DNA of 64,000 bases from Squalus acanthias (lineage: Eukaryota): the NCBI GenBank assembly GCA_030390025.1, contig JASTWF010000034.1, forward strand, positions 2,666,001-2,730,000, read 5' to 3'. A model generated the notes under the pieces. It did not search any database. It was not told where the DNA came from and saw only the letters and a program-made list of their open reading frames with translations. Position numbers and translations under genes: made by a program. Each line of letters begins with the position of its first letter. The first letter of the stretch is position 1. Positions 25,001 to 39,260 of the stretch are shown here, piece by piece.

Positions 25001-26400
25001 ACACCAGGGAATAAAGTTACAGTTTATTGTTAATTTGACAAGATGCCTTCTGCACCAGGGAATAAGGTTAGAGTTAATTGTTAATTTGACATAATTCCCA
25101 ATACACTGGGGAATAAATTGAAAGTAATTTTTTAATTTGTCATGAAAATATCTACACTGAGAAAATAAGTTACAGTTGATTGTTAATTTTACATGATTCC
25201 CTCTACAATGGGGAATAATGTGGCAGTCAAGTCTTTCAAAGACATGATAACCTCTACACCGGGGAATAAAGTTGCAGTAAATTGCTAATTTAGACATGAT
25301 ACCCTCTGCACCGGTGAATGAAGTTACAGTTAATTGTTAGTTTGACATAATACCGTCTACACCGGTGAATGAAGTTACAGTTAATTGTTAGTTTGACATA
25401 ATACCCTCTACACCGGGGAGTGAAGTTACAGTTAATATTTAATTTGACATGATGCCCTCTACTCCGGGAATAACGTTACAGTTACTTGTTAATTTAGACA
25501 TGATACGCTCTACAACGGGGAATTAAAATAACAGTTAATTGTTAATTTGACATGATGCCCACGACACTGGGGAATGAAGATAAAGTTGATTGTGAATTTA
25601 ACATGATACCCTGTACACTGGGTAATACTGCAACAGTCAATTGTTTAGGAAACTTGATAACCTCTACACAGGCAATAAAGTTACAGTTAAATGTTAATAT
25701 GACAGGATGCACTCTACACCAGGGAATAAAGTTACATTGAATTGTTAATTTAGACATGAATCCTGCTATTCCAGGGAATGAAGTTGCAGATAATTGTTAA
25801 TTTGACATGATGCCCTCTACACCGGGAATAAAGTTACAGTTAATTGTTAATTTAGAAATGATTCCCTCTAAACCAGGGAATAAGGTTACATTTAATTGTT
25901 AATTTAGACATGAAACCCTCTACACTGGGGAATAAAGTTACAGTTAATTGTTAAGTTAGAAAATAAACCCTCTACACTGGGGAATAAAGTTACAGTTAAT
26001 GGTTAAATTAGACATGATAACCTCCAAACCGGGGAATATAGTTATAGTTAATTGTTAATTTGACATGATACCCTCTACACTGGGGAATACATTTAAAGTT
26101 ATTTTTTAATTTGTAATGAAAACCTCTACACTGGGGAATAAAGTTACAGTTGATTCTTAATTTTACATGATACCCTTTACACCGGGGAATAAAGGTACAG
26201 TGAAATGTTAATTTAGACATGTTTCCCTCTACACTGGGGCATAAAGTTACAGTTAATTGTTAATTTGACATGATGCCCACTACACTGGGGAATAAAGTTA
26301 CAGTTAATTGTTAATTTAGACAGGAAACCCTCTACACTGGGGAATAAAGTTGCAGTTAATTGTTAATTTAGACAATAAACCCTCTACACTGGGGAATAAA
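19100..26400. repeat. Irregular ~2.7-3.4 kb higher-order duplication within the satellite
   Basis: Marker variants recur: ORFs 20764/23993 (offset 3229) and 21744/24971 (3227); 'gtggcagtcaagtctttc' at ~21993 and ~25220. Boundaries approximate. Confidence 0.8.
22736..22864 (+). mobile_element. Very short (~130 bp) CR1 3'-end insertion
   Basis: Last ORF2 codons (YGEKAG), 3' UTR ttgaatggcggtgcaggctcgaaggaccgaatgg, and ctatgtctatgtttctat tail. Confidence 0.88.
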
Positions 26401-29400
26401 GTTACAGTTAGTTGTTACTTTGGACAATAAACCCTCTACACCGGGAATTAAGTTACAGTAAACTGTTAATTTAGACATGTTACCCATTACAACGAGTAAT
26501 AAAATTGAAGTTAACTGTTAATTGGATATGATTCCCTCTACACCAGGGTAAAAATTTACAGTTAATTGTTTATTTAGACATGATATCCTCTACACCGGGG
26601 AATAATGTTACAGTTAATTGTTAACATAAACATCATACCATCCACACCGAGGAATATAGTTACAGTTAATTGTTGACTTCGACATGATGCCCTCTACACC
26701 GGGGAATAAAGTCACATTTAATTGTTAATTTAGACATGAAACCCTCTACACTGGGGAATAAAGTTACATTTAATTGTTAATTTGGACAATAAACCCTCTA
26801 CACTGGGGAATAAAGTTACAGTTAATTGTTAATTTAGAAATGATTCCCTCTAAACCAGGGAATAAGGTTACAGTTAATTGCTAATTTAGACATGGGAATT
26901 AAAATTACAGATAATTGTTTATTTGACATGATGCCCTCTACAACGGGGAATAAAGTTACAGTTGATTGTGAAATTGACATGATACACTCTACACCAGCGA
27001 ATTAAATTACAGATAATTGTTAATTTAGACATGATACTATCTATACCGGGGAATTAAAACTACAGTTAATTGTTAATTTGACATGATGCCCTCTAAACCG
27101 GGAATAAAGTAACAGTTAATTGTTAATTTATAAATTATTCCCTCTGAACCAGGGAGTAAAGTTACAGTCATTTGTTAATTTGGCATGATAAACTCTACAC
27201 CAGGGAATAAAGTTACAGTTAATTGGTAATTTCGACCTAATACCCTCTACACCGGGGAATTAAAATTACATTTAATTGTTTATTGGACATGATGTCCTCT
27301 ACACCAGGGAATAAAGTTACCTTTAACTGTTAATTTAGACATGATACCCTTTACACCGTGGAAAAAATTATAGTTAATTATTAATTTGATATGATACCCT
27401 CTTCACCTATGCATAAAGTTACAGTTAATTGTTAATTTAGATATGATATCCTCTACACTAGGGAATAAAGTTACAGTTAATTGATAATTTTGACTTGATG
27501 CCCTCTTCACCGGGGAATAAAGTTACATTTAATTGTTAAGTTATACAAGATGCCCTCTACAACGATTAATTAAGTTACAGTTATTTGTTAATTTAGATAT
27601 GATACCCTCTAAACCGGGGAATAAAGTTAAAATTAATTCTTAATTTGACATGATGCACTCAACACCGGGGAATAAAGTTACAGTTAATTGTCAACTCAGA
27701 CATGATGCCCTCTGCAGAGGGAATAAAATTACAGTTAATTGTTAATTTAGACATGATAACCTCTACACCGGGAAATAAAGTAACAGTTACTTATTCATTT
27801 GACATGATGCACTCTACACAGGGGAATAAAGTTTCAGTTAATTGTTAATTTCGATAAGATGCCCTCTACATTTTTAAATACAGTTATAGTTTATTGTTAA
27901 TTTAGACATGATGTACTCTACACAAGGGAATAAAGTTATAGTGAGTTGTTAATTTAGAAATGATTCCCTCTACACCGGGGAATGAGGTTGCAGTTAATTG
28001 TTAATTTGACCTGATGCCCTCTACACCGGGGAATGACGTTACATTTAATTGTTAATTTGACATGATACGCTCTACAGTGGGAAATTAAAATTACAGCTAA
28101 TTGTTAACTTGACATTATGCCCTCGACACCGGGGAATAAAGTTACAGTTAATTGTTAATTTAGACATGTTACCCTTTACAACGGGTAATAAAATTAAAGT
28201 TAATTGTTAATTCGATATGATTCCCTCTACACCAGGGTAAAAAGTTACAGCTAATTGTTAATTTAGACTTGATATCCTCTACACCCGGGAATAATGTTAC
28301 AGTTAATTGTTAACAGAAACATCATACCATCCACACCGGGGAATATAGTTACAGTTAATTGTTGACTTCGACATGATGCCCTCTACACCGGGGAATAAAG
28401 TTACATGTAATTGCTAATTTTGAGATGATGCCCTCTACACAGAGGATTACAGTTATGTTAATAGTTAATTTAGACATGATAACCTCTACACCGAGGTATG
28501 ACGTTACCGTTAATTGTTAATTTGATATGATACACGCTACACCAGGGTAAAAAGCTACAGTTAATTGTTAATTTAGACATTATACCCTATACAACGGGGT
28601 ATAAATTTACAGTTAATTTTTAATTTAGACATGCTACTCTCTATACTGGAAAATTAAAATTCCACTTATTTGTTAATTTAGACATGATACCCTCTAGACT
28701 GGGGAATAAAGTTACAATTAAATGTTAATTTATACAAGATTCCTCCACACCAGGGAATAAAGTTACAGTCAATTGCTAATGTTGACATGATGCCCTCTAC
28801 ACCGGGGAATAAAGTTACAGTTAATTTTTAATTTGACATGATGCCCTCGACACCGGGGAATAAAATTACAGTTAACTGTTAATTTAGACATGATACCCTC
28901 TACAACGGGTAATAAAATTAAAGTTAATTGTTAATGTGATATAATACCCTCTTCACCAGGGTAAAAAGTTACAGTTAATTGTTAATTTAGACATGATATC
29001 CTCTACACCGGGGAATAATGTTACAGATAATTCTTAACTTAAACATCATACCGTCTACACCGGGGGAATATAGTTACAGTTAATTGTTGACTTCGACATG
29101 GTGCCCTCTACACCGGGGAATAAAGTTCCAGTTAATTGTTAATTTACACATGATACCCTCTACACCGGGGTATGACGTTACAGTTAATTGTTAATTTAGA
29201 CATGATACCATCTACACCAGGGAATAATGTTACATTTCATTGTTAAGCTGACATGATACCCTCGACACGAGGGAATAATGTTACAGTCAATTGTTTATAA
29301 GACATGATAAGCTCTACACCGGGGAATAAAGTTTAAATTAATTGTTAATTTAGACATGATACCCTCTACACCGGGGAACTAAAATTACAGTTAATTGTTA

Positions 29401-29709
29401 ATTTGACATGATGGCCTCTACACCGGGGAATAAAGTTACAGTTAATTATTAATTTAGACATGAATCCCTCTGCACTGGGTTATAACGTTACAGTTAATGG
29501 TTAATTTAGACATGATAACCTCTACACCGGAACATTAAAATTACAGTTATATGTTAATTTAGACATGATACTCTCTACTCCAGGGAATAAAGTTTCATTT
29601 AATTGTTAATTTGACATGATACCCTCTACACTGGGGAATAATTTACAAGTCAATTGTTTATAAGGCATGATAACCTCTACACCGAGCGATAACGTTACAG
29701 GAAATTGTT

Positions 29710-30190
29710 TCATAAGAACATAAGAACATTAGAAATAGGAGCAGGAGTAGGCCAATTGGCCTCTCGAGCCTGCTCCGCCATTCAATAAGATCATGGCTGA
29801 TCTGATCCTAACCGCCAATCTACTATCACAGAACCATCTCCTGAACCTAACAGAATTGCACCCACGAAATAGGAGCAGGATCAGGCTACACGGCCCCTGG
29901 GCCCGCTACGCTACCCACAGGGCCATGACCGATCCGAACCTAGACTCATGTCCAAATTCCTGCCCGCACCCGTAACACTTAATTCCCTTTACTTCTCGGA
30001 AACTGTCTGTTTCTGTTTTAAATTTGTGTAATGATGTAGCTTCTACAGCTTTTTGTGGCAGCATATTCCATGGATCTACCACCCTCTGAGTGAAGTAGTA
30101 CCTTCTCATCTCAGTTTTGAAAGAGCATCCCCTTATTGTAAGACTATGCCCCCTAGTTCTAGTTTCACCCATCATCGGGAACATCCTCCC
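29710..30190 (-). mobile_element. 5'-truncated CR1 3' end, subfamily with long 3' UTR (copy 1)
   Basis: MFPMMGETRTRGHSL...FTQRVVDPWNMLP, (CATAAGAA)n tail, possible TGTT target duplication. Confidence 0.9.
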
Positions 30191-30466
30191 TGTTAATTTA
30201 GACATGATACCCTCTACACCAAGCAATAAAGTTACAGTTAAATCTTAATTTGACATGATGCCCTCTACACCGGAGAATGAAGTTACAGTTATTTGTTAAG
30301 TTAGACATGATACCCTCTACACGGTGTAACTAAAAATTAGAATAATTTTTTTAATTTGACATGATGCCCTCTACACCGAGGAACAAAGTTTCAATTAATT
30401 GTTAATTTCGACAAGATGCCCTCGACATTGGTGATTAAAGTTAAAGTTAATTGTTAATATAGACTT

Positions 30467-31603
30467 GAGGAGGTAACTAAGTGTGTAGATGAAGGTAGAG
30501 CAGTTGATGTCGTATACATGGATTTTAGTAAGGCGTTTGATAAGGTTCCCCATGGTCGGCTCATGAAGAAAGTAAGGAGTTGTGGGATAGAGGGAAATTT
30601 GGCCGATTGGATAAGTAACTGGCTATCTCATAGAAGGCAGAGGGTGGTGGTGGATGGAACATTTTCGGACTGGAGACCAGTTACCAGCGGTGTGCCACAG
30701 GGGTCGGTGCTGGGTCCTCTGCTGTTTGTGATTTTTATCAATGACTTGGAGGAGGGGACTGAAGGGTGGATCAGTAAATTTGCTGATGACACCAAGATTG
30801 GTAGAGCAGTGGATGAGGTCGAGGGCTGTTGTAGGCTGCAAAGAGACATTGATAGGATGCAGAGCTGGGCCGAAAAATGGCAGATGGAATTTAACCCTGA
30901 TAAGTGCGAGGTGATTCATTTTGGTAGGGCAAATTTGAATAAGGATTACAGGGTTAAAGGCAGGGTTCTGAGGAACGTGGAGGAGCAGAGGGATCTGGGG
31001 GTTCATATCCACAGATCTCTGAAGGTTGCCACTCAAGTGGATAGAGCAGTAAAGAAGGCCTATGGTGTGTTGGTGTTTATTAACAGAGGGTTTGAGTTTA
31101 AGAACCGTGAGGTTATGCTGCAACTGTACAGGACCTTGGTGAGACCACATTTGGAATATTGTGTGCAGTTCTGGTCACCTCACTATAGGAAGGACGTGGA
31201 AGCATTGGAAAGAGTGCAAAGGAGATTTACCAGGATGCTGCCTGGTTTGGGGGGGAGGTCTTATGAGGAAAGATTGAGGGAGTTGGGGCTTTTCTCTTTA
31301 GAGCGGAGGAGGATGAGAGGCGACTTAATAGAGGTTTATAAGATGATGAGGGGGATAGATAGAGTGGATGTTCAGAGACTATTTCCTCGGGTAGAGGCAG
31401 CTGTTACAAGGGAGCATAACTATAAGGTGCATGGGGGGAGATATAGAAGGGATGTCCGAGGTAGATTCTTTACTCAGAGAGTGGTTGGGGTGTGGAATGG
31501 ACTGCCTGCTATGATAGTGGAGTCGGACACTTTAGGAACTTTCAAGCGGTTATTGGATAATCACATGGAGCACACCAGAGTGATAGGGAGTGTGATAGCT
31601 TGA
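30467..31603 (+). CDS. CR1 ORF2 reverse transcriptase, C-terminal portion (5'-truncated, frame open from insertion edge to stop)
   Basis: EEVTKCVDEGRAVDVVYMDFSKAFDKVPH...SGVPQGSVLGP...KFADD...LVRPHLEYCVQFWSP...FFTQRVV with no stops or frameshifts. Not a complete gene. Confidence 0.85.
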   Translation, partial: EEVTKCVDEGRAVDVVYMDFSKAFDKVPHGRLMKKVRSCGIEGNLADWISNWLSHRRQRVVVDGTFSDWRPVTSGVPQGSVLGPLLFVIFINDLEEGTEGWISKFADDTKIGRAVDEVEGCCRLQRDIDRMQSWAEKWQMEFNPDKCEVIHFGRANLNKDYRVKGRVLRNVEEQRDLGVHIHRSLKVATQVDRAVKKAYGVLVFINRGFEFKNREVMLQLYRTLVRPHLEYCVQFWSPHYRKDVEALERVQRRFTRMLPGLGGRSYEERLRELGLFSLERRRMRGDLIEVYKMMRGIDRVDVQRLFPRVEAAVTREHNYKVHGGRYRRDVRGRFFTQRVVGVWNGLPAMIVESDTLGTFKRLLDNHMEHTRVIGSVIA

Positions 31604-31689
31604 TCTTGGTCTCGGACAATGCTCGGCACAACATCGAGGGCCGAAGGGCCTGTACTGTGCTGTACTGTTCTATGTTTCTATGTTTCTAA
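30467..31689 (+). mobile_element. Young 5'-truncated CR1 LINE
   Basis: Uninterrupted ORF2 3' part, short 3' UTR and (CTATGTTT)n tail. Empty site 'atagacttgataccttctac' present at ~36317-36336. Confidence 0.96.
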
Positions 31690-34600
31690 GATACCTTCTA
31701 CACAGGGGAATAAAGTAACAGTTAATTGTTAATTTAGACATGATTCCCTCCACACCGAGGTTAATTGTTACACTTAATTGTTAATTTGACATGATAATTT
31801 CTATACTGGGGAATTCTGTTACAGTCAATTGTTTATAAGACTTAATAACCTCTACACTGGCGAATAAAGTTACAGTTGATTATTAATTTGACATGATACC
31901 CTCTACACTGTGGAATTCTGTTACAGTCAATTGTTTATAAGACTTGATACCCTCTACACTGGGGAATAAAGTTACAATTATTTGTTAATTTAGAAATGAT
32001 TACCTCTAAACCGGGGAATAAAGTTACAGTTAATTATTAATTTGACAGGATGCCCTCTACACCGGGAAATAAATTTTCAGTTAATTGTTAATTTCGATGA
32101 GATGGCCTCTACATTGGTGAATAAAGTTACAGTTAATGGTTAATTTAGACATGATAACCTCTGCACCGGAACATTAAAATTACAGTTATTTGTTAATTTA
32201 GACATGATACTCTCTACACCGGGGAAATTAAAATTACAGTTAATTATTAATTTGACATGATGTCCTCTACACCGGGGAATAAATTTACAGTTAATTATTA
32301 ATTTGGACATGATTCCCTCTACACTGGGTAATAAAGTTACCGTTAATTGTTAATTTGTCCTTATACCCTGTACACTGTGGATTAATGTTACAATCAATTG
32401 TTTATAAGACCTGATAACCTCTGCACCGGGGGATCAAGTTACAGGAAATTGTTAATTTAGACATGATACCCTCTACACCAAGCAATAAAGTTACAGTTAA
32501 ATGTTAATTTGACATGATGTACTTTACACCGGGGAATGAAGTTACAGTTAATTGTTACGTTAGACATGATGCCCTCCACATTGGTGAATAAAGTTAAAGT
32601 TAATTTTTAATTCAGACTTGATACATTCTACACAGGGAAAAAAGTAACAGTTAATTGGTAATTTTAACATGATTCCCTCCACAGCGAGGGTTATTGTTAC
32701 ACTTAATTGCTAATTTGACATGATACCCTCTACACCGGGTAATAAATTAACAGTGAATTGTTAATTTAGACAAGATTCCGTCTATTCCGGGGAATGAAGA
32801 TACCGTTGATTGTTAATTTGACATGATGCCCCTGCCCCCTACACCGGGAATAACGTTACAGTTAATTGTTAATTTAGAAATGATTACCTCTAAACCGGGG
32901 AATAAAGTTACAGTTAATTGTTAATTTGATATGAGACACTCGACACCAGAGAATAAAGTTACAGTTATATGTTAATTTAGAAATGATAGCCTCTAAACTG
33001 GGGAAATAAAATTACAGTTAATTGTTTATTTGACATGCTGTCCTATACACCGGGGCATGAAGTTACAGTTAACTGTTAATTTAGACATGATACCCTCTAC
33101 ACCGGGGATTAAAATTAAAGTTAATTATTAATTTGATATGGTATCCTCTTCACCAGGGTATAAACTTACAGTTCATTGTAAATTTAGACCTTGTATCCTC
33201 TACACCGGGGAATAATGTTGCAGTTCATTGTTAAATTAAACATCATACCCTCCACACCGGGGAATATAATTACAGTTAATTGTTAATTTTGACATGATGA
33301 CTTCTGCACCGGGGAATTAAGTTGCAGTTGATTGTTAATTTAGACAAAATGCTCGCTACACCGGGGAATAAAGTTACAGTCAATTGTTATCTTAGACATG
33401 ATGCCATCTGCACCGGGGAATAAAGATACAGTTAATTGTTAATTTAGACATGATACCCTCTGCTCCGGGGAATGGAGTTACAGTAAATTATTAATTTAGA
33501 CATGATAACCTCTACCCCGGGAAATAAAGTATCAGTTAATTATTAATTTGACATGATGACCTGTACACCGGGGAATAAAGTTTAAGTTAATTGTTAATTT
33601 CGACAAGATGGCCTCTATATTGGTGAATAAAGTTACAGTTTAAAGTTAATTTAGACATGATTCCCTCTGCACTGAGGAATGAAGTTACAGTAAATTGTTA
33701 ATTTAGGCATGATACCCTCTACACTGTGAATAAAGTTACAGTGAATTGTTAATTTGGAAATGATTCCCTCTAAACCGGGCAATGAAGTTACAGTGAATTG
33801 TTAATTTGACATGATGCCCTCTACACTAGAGAATAAAGTTTCAGTTAATTGTTAATTCCGACAAAATGGCCTCTACATTGGTGAATAAATTTACAGGTAA
33901 TTGTTAATTAAGACATGTTACCCACTACACCAGGGAATAAAGTTACTTTTAATTGTTTATTTGACATGATGTCCTCTACACCGGGGAATAATGTTACAGT
34001 TAATTGTTTATTTGACATGATGCCCTCTACACTTGATAATAAAGATACAGTTAATTGTTAATTTGTCATGATACCCTCTACTCCGGGTAATAAAGTTACA
34101 TTTGATAGTTAATTTGACATGATACCCTCTACACTGGGGAATAATGTTACAGTCAATTGTTTATAAGACAAGATAACCACTACACAGGGGAATAAAGTTG
34201 CAGGAAATTGTTAATTTAGACATGATGCCCTCTACACAAAGCAATAAAGATATAGTTAACTGTTAATTTGACATGATGCCCTCTACACCGGGAATGAAGT
34301 TACAGTTAATATTAATGTTAATTGTTAATTTAGGCATGATGCCTTCTACACAGATGATTAAAATTACAGTTCATTGTTAATTCGACAAGATACCCTCTAC
34401 CCCGGGGAATAAAGTTACAGTTAATTTTTAATTTCACATGATAATCTCCACACCGTGGAATGAAGTTACAGTTCATTTTTAATTTGTCATGATACCCTCT
34501 ACAATGTGGAATAAAGTTTCAGTTAATTTTTAATTTAGACATGATATCCTCTAGACTGGGGAATAAAGTTACAATTAAATGTTAATTTATACACGATTCC

Positions 34601-35567
34601 CTCCACACCAGGGAATAAAGTTACAGTCAATTGCTAATGTGGACATGATGCCCTCTACACCGGGGAATAAAATTGCAGTTAACTGTTAATTTAGACATGA
34701 TACCCTCTACAACGGGTAATAAAATTAAAGTTAATTGTTAATTTGATATAATACCCTCTTCACCAGGGTAAAAAGTTACAGTTAATTGTTAATTCAGACA
34801 TGATATCCTCTACACGGGGGAATAATGTTACAGATAATACTTAACTTAAACATCATACCGTCTACACCGGGGAATATAGTTACAGTTAATTGTTGACTTC
34901 GACATGTTGCCCTCTACAACGGGGAATAAAGTTTCAGTTAATTGTTAATTTCGATGAGATGGCCTCTACATTGGCAAATAAAGTTCCAGTTAATTGTTAA
35001 TTTACACATGATACCCTCTACACCGGTATATGACGTTACAGTTAATTCTTAATTTAGACATGATACCCTCTACACCAGGGAATAAAGTTACATTTCATTG
35101 TTAAGCTGACATGATACCCTCTACACTAGGGAATAATGTTACAGTCAATTGTTTATAAGACATGATAAGCTCTACACCGGGGAATAAAGTTTAAATTAAT
35201 TGTTAATTTAGATATGATACCATCTACACCGGGGAATTAAAATTAAAGTTAATTGTTAATTTGACATGATGGCCTCTACACCGGGGAATAAAGTTAAAGT
35301 TAATTATTAATTTAGACATGAATCCCGCTACACTGGGTAAAAAAGTTACAGTTAATGGTTAATTTAGACATGATAACCTCTACACCGGAACATTAAAATT
35401 ACAGTTATTTGTTAATTTAGACATGATACTCTCTACACCAGGCAATAAAGTTTCATTTATTTGTTAATTTGACATGATACCCTCTACACTGGGGAATAAT
35501 GTTCAAGTCAATTGTTTATAAGGCATGATAACCTCTACACCGAGCGATAAAGTTACAGGAAATTGTT

Positions 35568-36049
35568 TCATAAGAACATAAGAACATTAGAAATAGGAGC
35601 AGGAGTAGGCCAATTGGCCCCTCGAGCCTGCTCCGCCATTCAATAAGATCATGGCTGATCTGATCCTAACCGCCAATCTACTATCACAGAACCATCTCCT
35701 GAACCTAACAGAATTGGACACACGAAATTGGAGCAGGATCAGGCTACACGGCCCCTGGGCCCGCTACGCTACCCACAGGGCCATGACCGATCCGAACCTA
35801 GACTCATGTCCAAATTCCTGCCCGCTCCCCGTAACCCTTAATTCCCTTTACTTCTAGGAAACTGTCTGTTTCTGTTTTAAATTTGTGTAATGATGTAGCT
35901 TCTACAGCTTTTTGGGGCAGCATATTCCATGGATCTACCACCCTCTGAGTGAAGTAGTACCTACTCATCTCAGTTTTGAAAGAGCAGCCCCTTATTCTAA
36001 GACTATGCCCCCTAGTTCTAGTTTCATCCATCATCGGGAACATCCTCCC
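35568..36049 (-). mobile_element. 5'-truncated CR1 3' end, long-3'-UTR subfamily (copy 2, duplicated together with its flanks)
   Basis: Same truncation point and same flanking monomers as 29710-30190. Confidence 0.9.
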
Positions 36050-39000
36050 TGTTAATTTAGACAAGCTACCCTCTACACCAAGCAATAAAGTTACAGTTAA
36101 ATCTTAATTTGACATGATGCCCTCTACACCGGGGAATGAAGTTACAGTTAATTGTTAAGTTAGACATGATACCCTCTACACTGTGTAACTAAAATTACAA
36201 TATTTTTTTTAATTTGACATGATGCCCTCTACACCGAGGAACAAAGTTTCAATTAATTGTTAATTTCGACAAGATGCCCTCTACATTGGTGATTAAAGTT
36301 AAAGTTAATTGTTAATATAGACTTGATACCTTCTACACAGGGGAATAAAGTAACAGTTAATTGTTAATTGAGACATGATTCCCTCCACACCGAGGTTTAT
36401 TGTTACACTTAATTGTTAATTTGACATGATAACCTCTATACTGGGGAATTCTGTTACAGTCAATTGTTTAAAAGACTTGATAACCTCTACACTGGCGAAT
36501 AAAGTTAAAGTTGATTATTAATTTGACATGATACCCTCTACACTGGGGAATTCTGTTACAGTCAATTGTTTATAAGACTTGATACCCTCTGCACTGGGGA
36601 ATAAAGTTACAATTATTTGTTAATTTAGAAATGATTACTTCTAAACCGGGGAATAAAGTTACAGTTAATTGTTAATTTGACATGATGTCCTATACACCGG
36701 GGAATAAAGTTACAGTTAATTGTTAATTTGACATGATACCCTCTACAACGGGAAATTAAAATTACAGTTAATTGTTAATTTGACATGATGCCCTCTACAC
36801 AGAGCACGAAGTTACAGTTAACTGTTAATTTAGACAGGATAACCTCTACACCGGGGAATAAAGTTACAGTTAATTTTAAATTTGACATGATGCCCTCGAC
36901 TCCGGGGAATAAAATTACAGTTAACTGTTAATTTAGACATGATACGGTCTACACTGGGGAATTCTGTTACAGTCAACTGTTTATAAGACTTGACAACCTC
37001 TACATTGGGGAAACAATTACAGTTGATTGTTAATTTGACATGATACCCTCTACACTGGGGAATTCTGCTGCAGTCGATTGTTTATAAGACTTGATAACCT
37101 CTATACTGGGGAATAAAGTAACAGTTGATTGTTAATTTGACATAATACCCTCTATTCCGGGGAATGAAGATACAGTTAATTGTTAATTTGACATAATGCC
37201 CTCTATACCGGGAATAAAGTTACAGTTAATTGTTAATTTAGAAATGATTACCTCTAAACCGGGGAATAAAGTTACAGTTAATTATTAATTCAGAAATGAG
37301 TACCTCTACACCGGGGCATGAAATTACAGTTAACTGTTAATATAGACATGATACCCTTTACACAGGAGAATAAAATTAAAGGTAAATATTAATTTGATAT
37401 GATACCCTCTTCACCAGGATATAAAGTTACACTTAATTGTTAATTTAGACATTATATCCTCTGCACCGGGGAATAATGTTACAGCTAGTTGTTAAATTAA
37501 ACATCATACCCTCCACACCGGGGGATATAATTACAGTTAATTGCTAATTTCGACATGATGCCCTCTACACCAGGGAATAAAGTTGCAGTTAATTGTTAAT
37601 TTAGACAAAATGCCCACTACACCGGTGAATAAAGTTACAGTTAATTGTTATCTTAGACATGATGCCCTCCGCACCGGGGAATAAAGTTTAAGTTAATTGT
37701 TAATTTTTCACAAGATGGCCTCTACATTGGTGAATAAAGTTACAGTTATTGTTAATTTAGACATGATACCCTCTACACCGAGGAATAAAGTTACAGTTTA
37801 AAGTTAATTTAGACATGATTCCCTCTATTCCGGGGAATGAAGATACAGTTAATTCTTAATTTGACATGATGCACTCTACACCGGGAATAAAGTTACATTT
37901 ACTTGTTTATTTAGAAATTATTACCACTAAACCGGGGAATTACGTTACAGTTAATTGTTAATTTGACATGAGACACTCTACACCAGGGAATAAAGTTACA
38001 GTTAATTGTTAATTTAGACAAGATAGCCTCTACACCGGGGAAATAAAATTACAGTTAATTGTTTATTTGACATGATGCCCTCTACACCGTGGCATGAAGT
38101 TTCAGTTAACTGTTAATTTAGACATTATATCCTCTACACCGGGGAATAATGTTATAGTTAATTGTTAAATTAAACATCATACTCTCCACACCGGGGAATA
38201 TAATTACAGTTAATTGCCAATTTTGACATGATAACTTCTACACCATGGAATAAAGTTGCAGGTAATTGTTCATTTCGGTAAAAGGCACGCTACACCGGGG
38301 AATAAACTTACAGTTTATTGTTATCTTAGACATGATGCCTTTTGCCCCGGGCAATAAAGTTGTAGTTAATTTTTAATTTGACATGATAACCTCTACACTG
38401 GGGAATAAAGTTACAGTTGATTGTTAATTTGACATGATACCCTCTACACTGGGGAATTCTGTTACAGTCAATTGTTTAGAAGACTTGATAACCTCTACAC
38501 TGGGGAATAAAGTTACAGTTGATAGTTAATTTGACATGATACCCTCTATTCCGGGGAAATAAAATTACAGTTAATTGTTTATTTGACATGATGCCCTCTG
38601 CACCGGGGAATAAAGTTGCAGTTAATTGTTAATTTAGACAACATTCCCTCTACACCGGGGAATATAGTTACAGTTAATTGTTATCATGAACATGATGACC
38701 ACTGTACTTGTGAATAAAGTTAAAGTTAATTGTTAATTTAGACATGATATCCTCTACCCCGTGAAATAAAGTATCAGTTAATTATTAATTTCATATGATA
38801 ACCTCTACACCGGGGAATAAAGTTGAAGTTAATTGTTAATTTTGACAAGGTGGCCTCTACATTGGTGAATAAAGTTACAGTTAATTGTTAATTTCGACAT
38901 GATACCCTCTACACCGAGGAATAAAGTCACAGTTTAAAGTTAATTTAGACATGATTCCCTCTACACTGATGAATAAAGTTACAGTGAATTGTTAATTTGG

Positions 39001-39260
39001 AAATGATTCCCTCTAAACCGGGCAATAAAGTTACAGTGAATTGTAATTTGAAATGATGCCCTCTACAACGGAGAATACATTTTCAGTTAATTGTTAATTT
39101 CGACAAAATGGCCTCTACATTGGTGAATAAAGTTACAGTTAATTATTAATTTAGACATGATACCCTCTACACCGGGGAATAACGTTACAGTTAATTGTTA
39201 GTTTGACATGATACCCTATACACTGGGGAATAATGGCACAGTCAATTGTTTATAAGACAA

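Larger units (their letters stand above)
28680..36680. repeat. Segmental duplication in satellite: ~28680-32040 vs ~34540-36680
   Basis: Shared variant monomers and a shared CR1 insertion. Offset is ~5858 bp before and ~4636 bp after the 1.2 kb LINE found only in the first copy. Confidence 0.88.
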
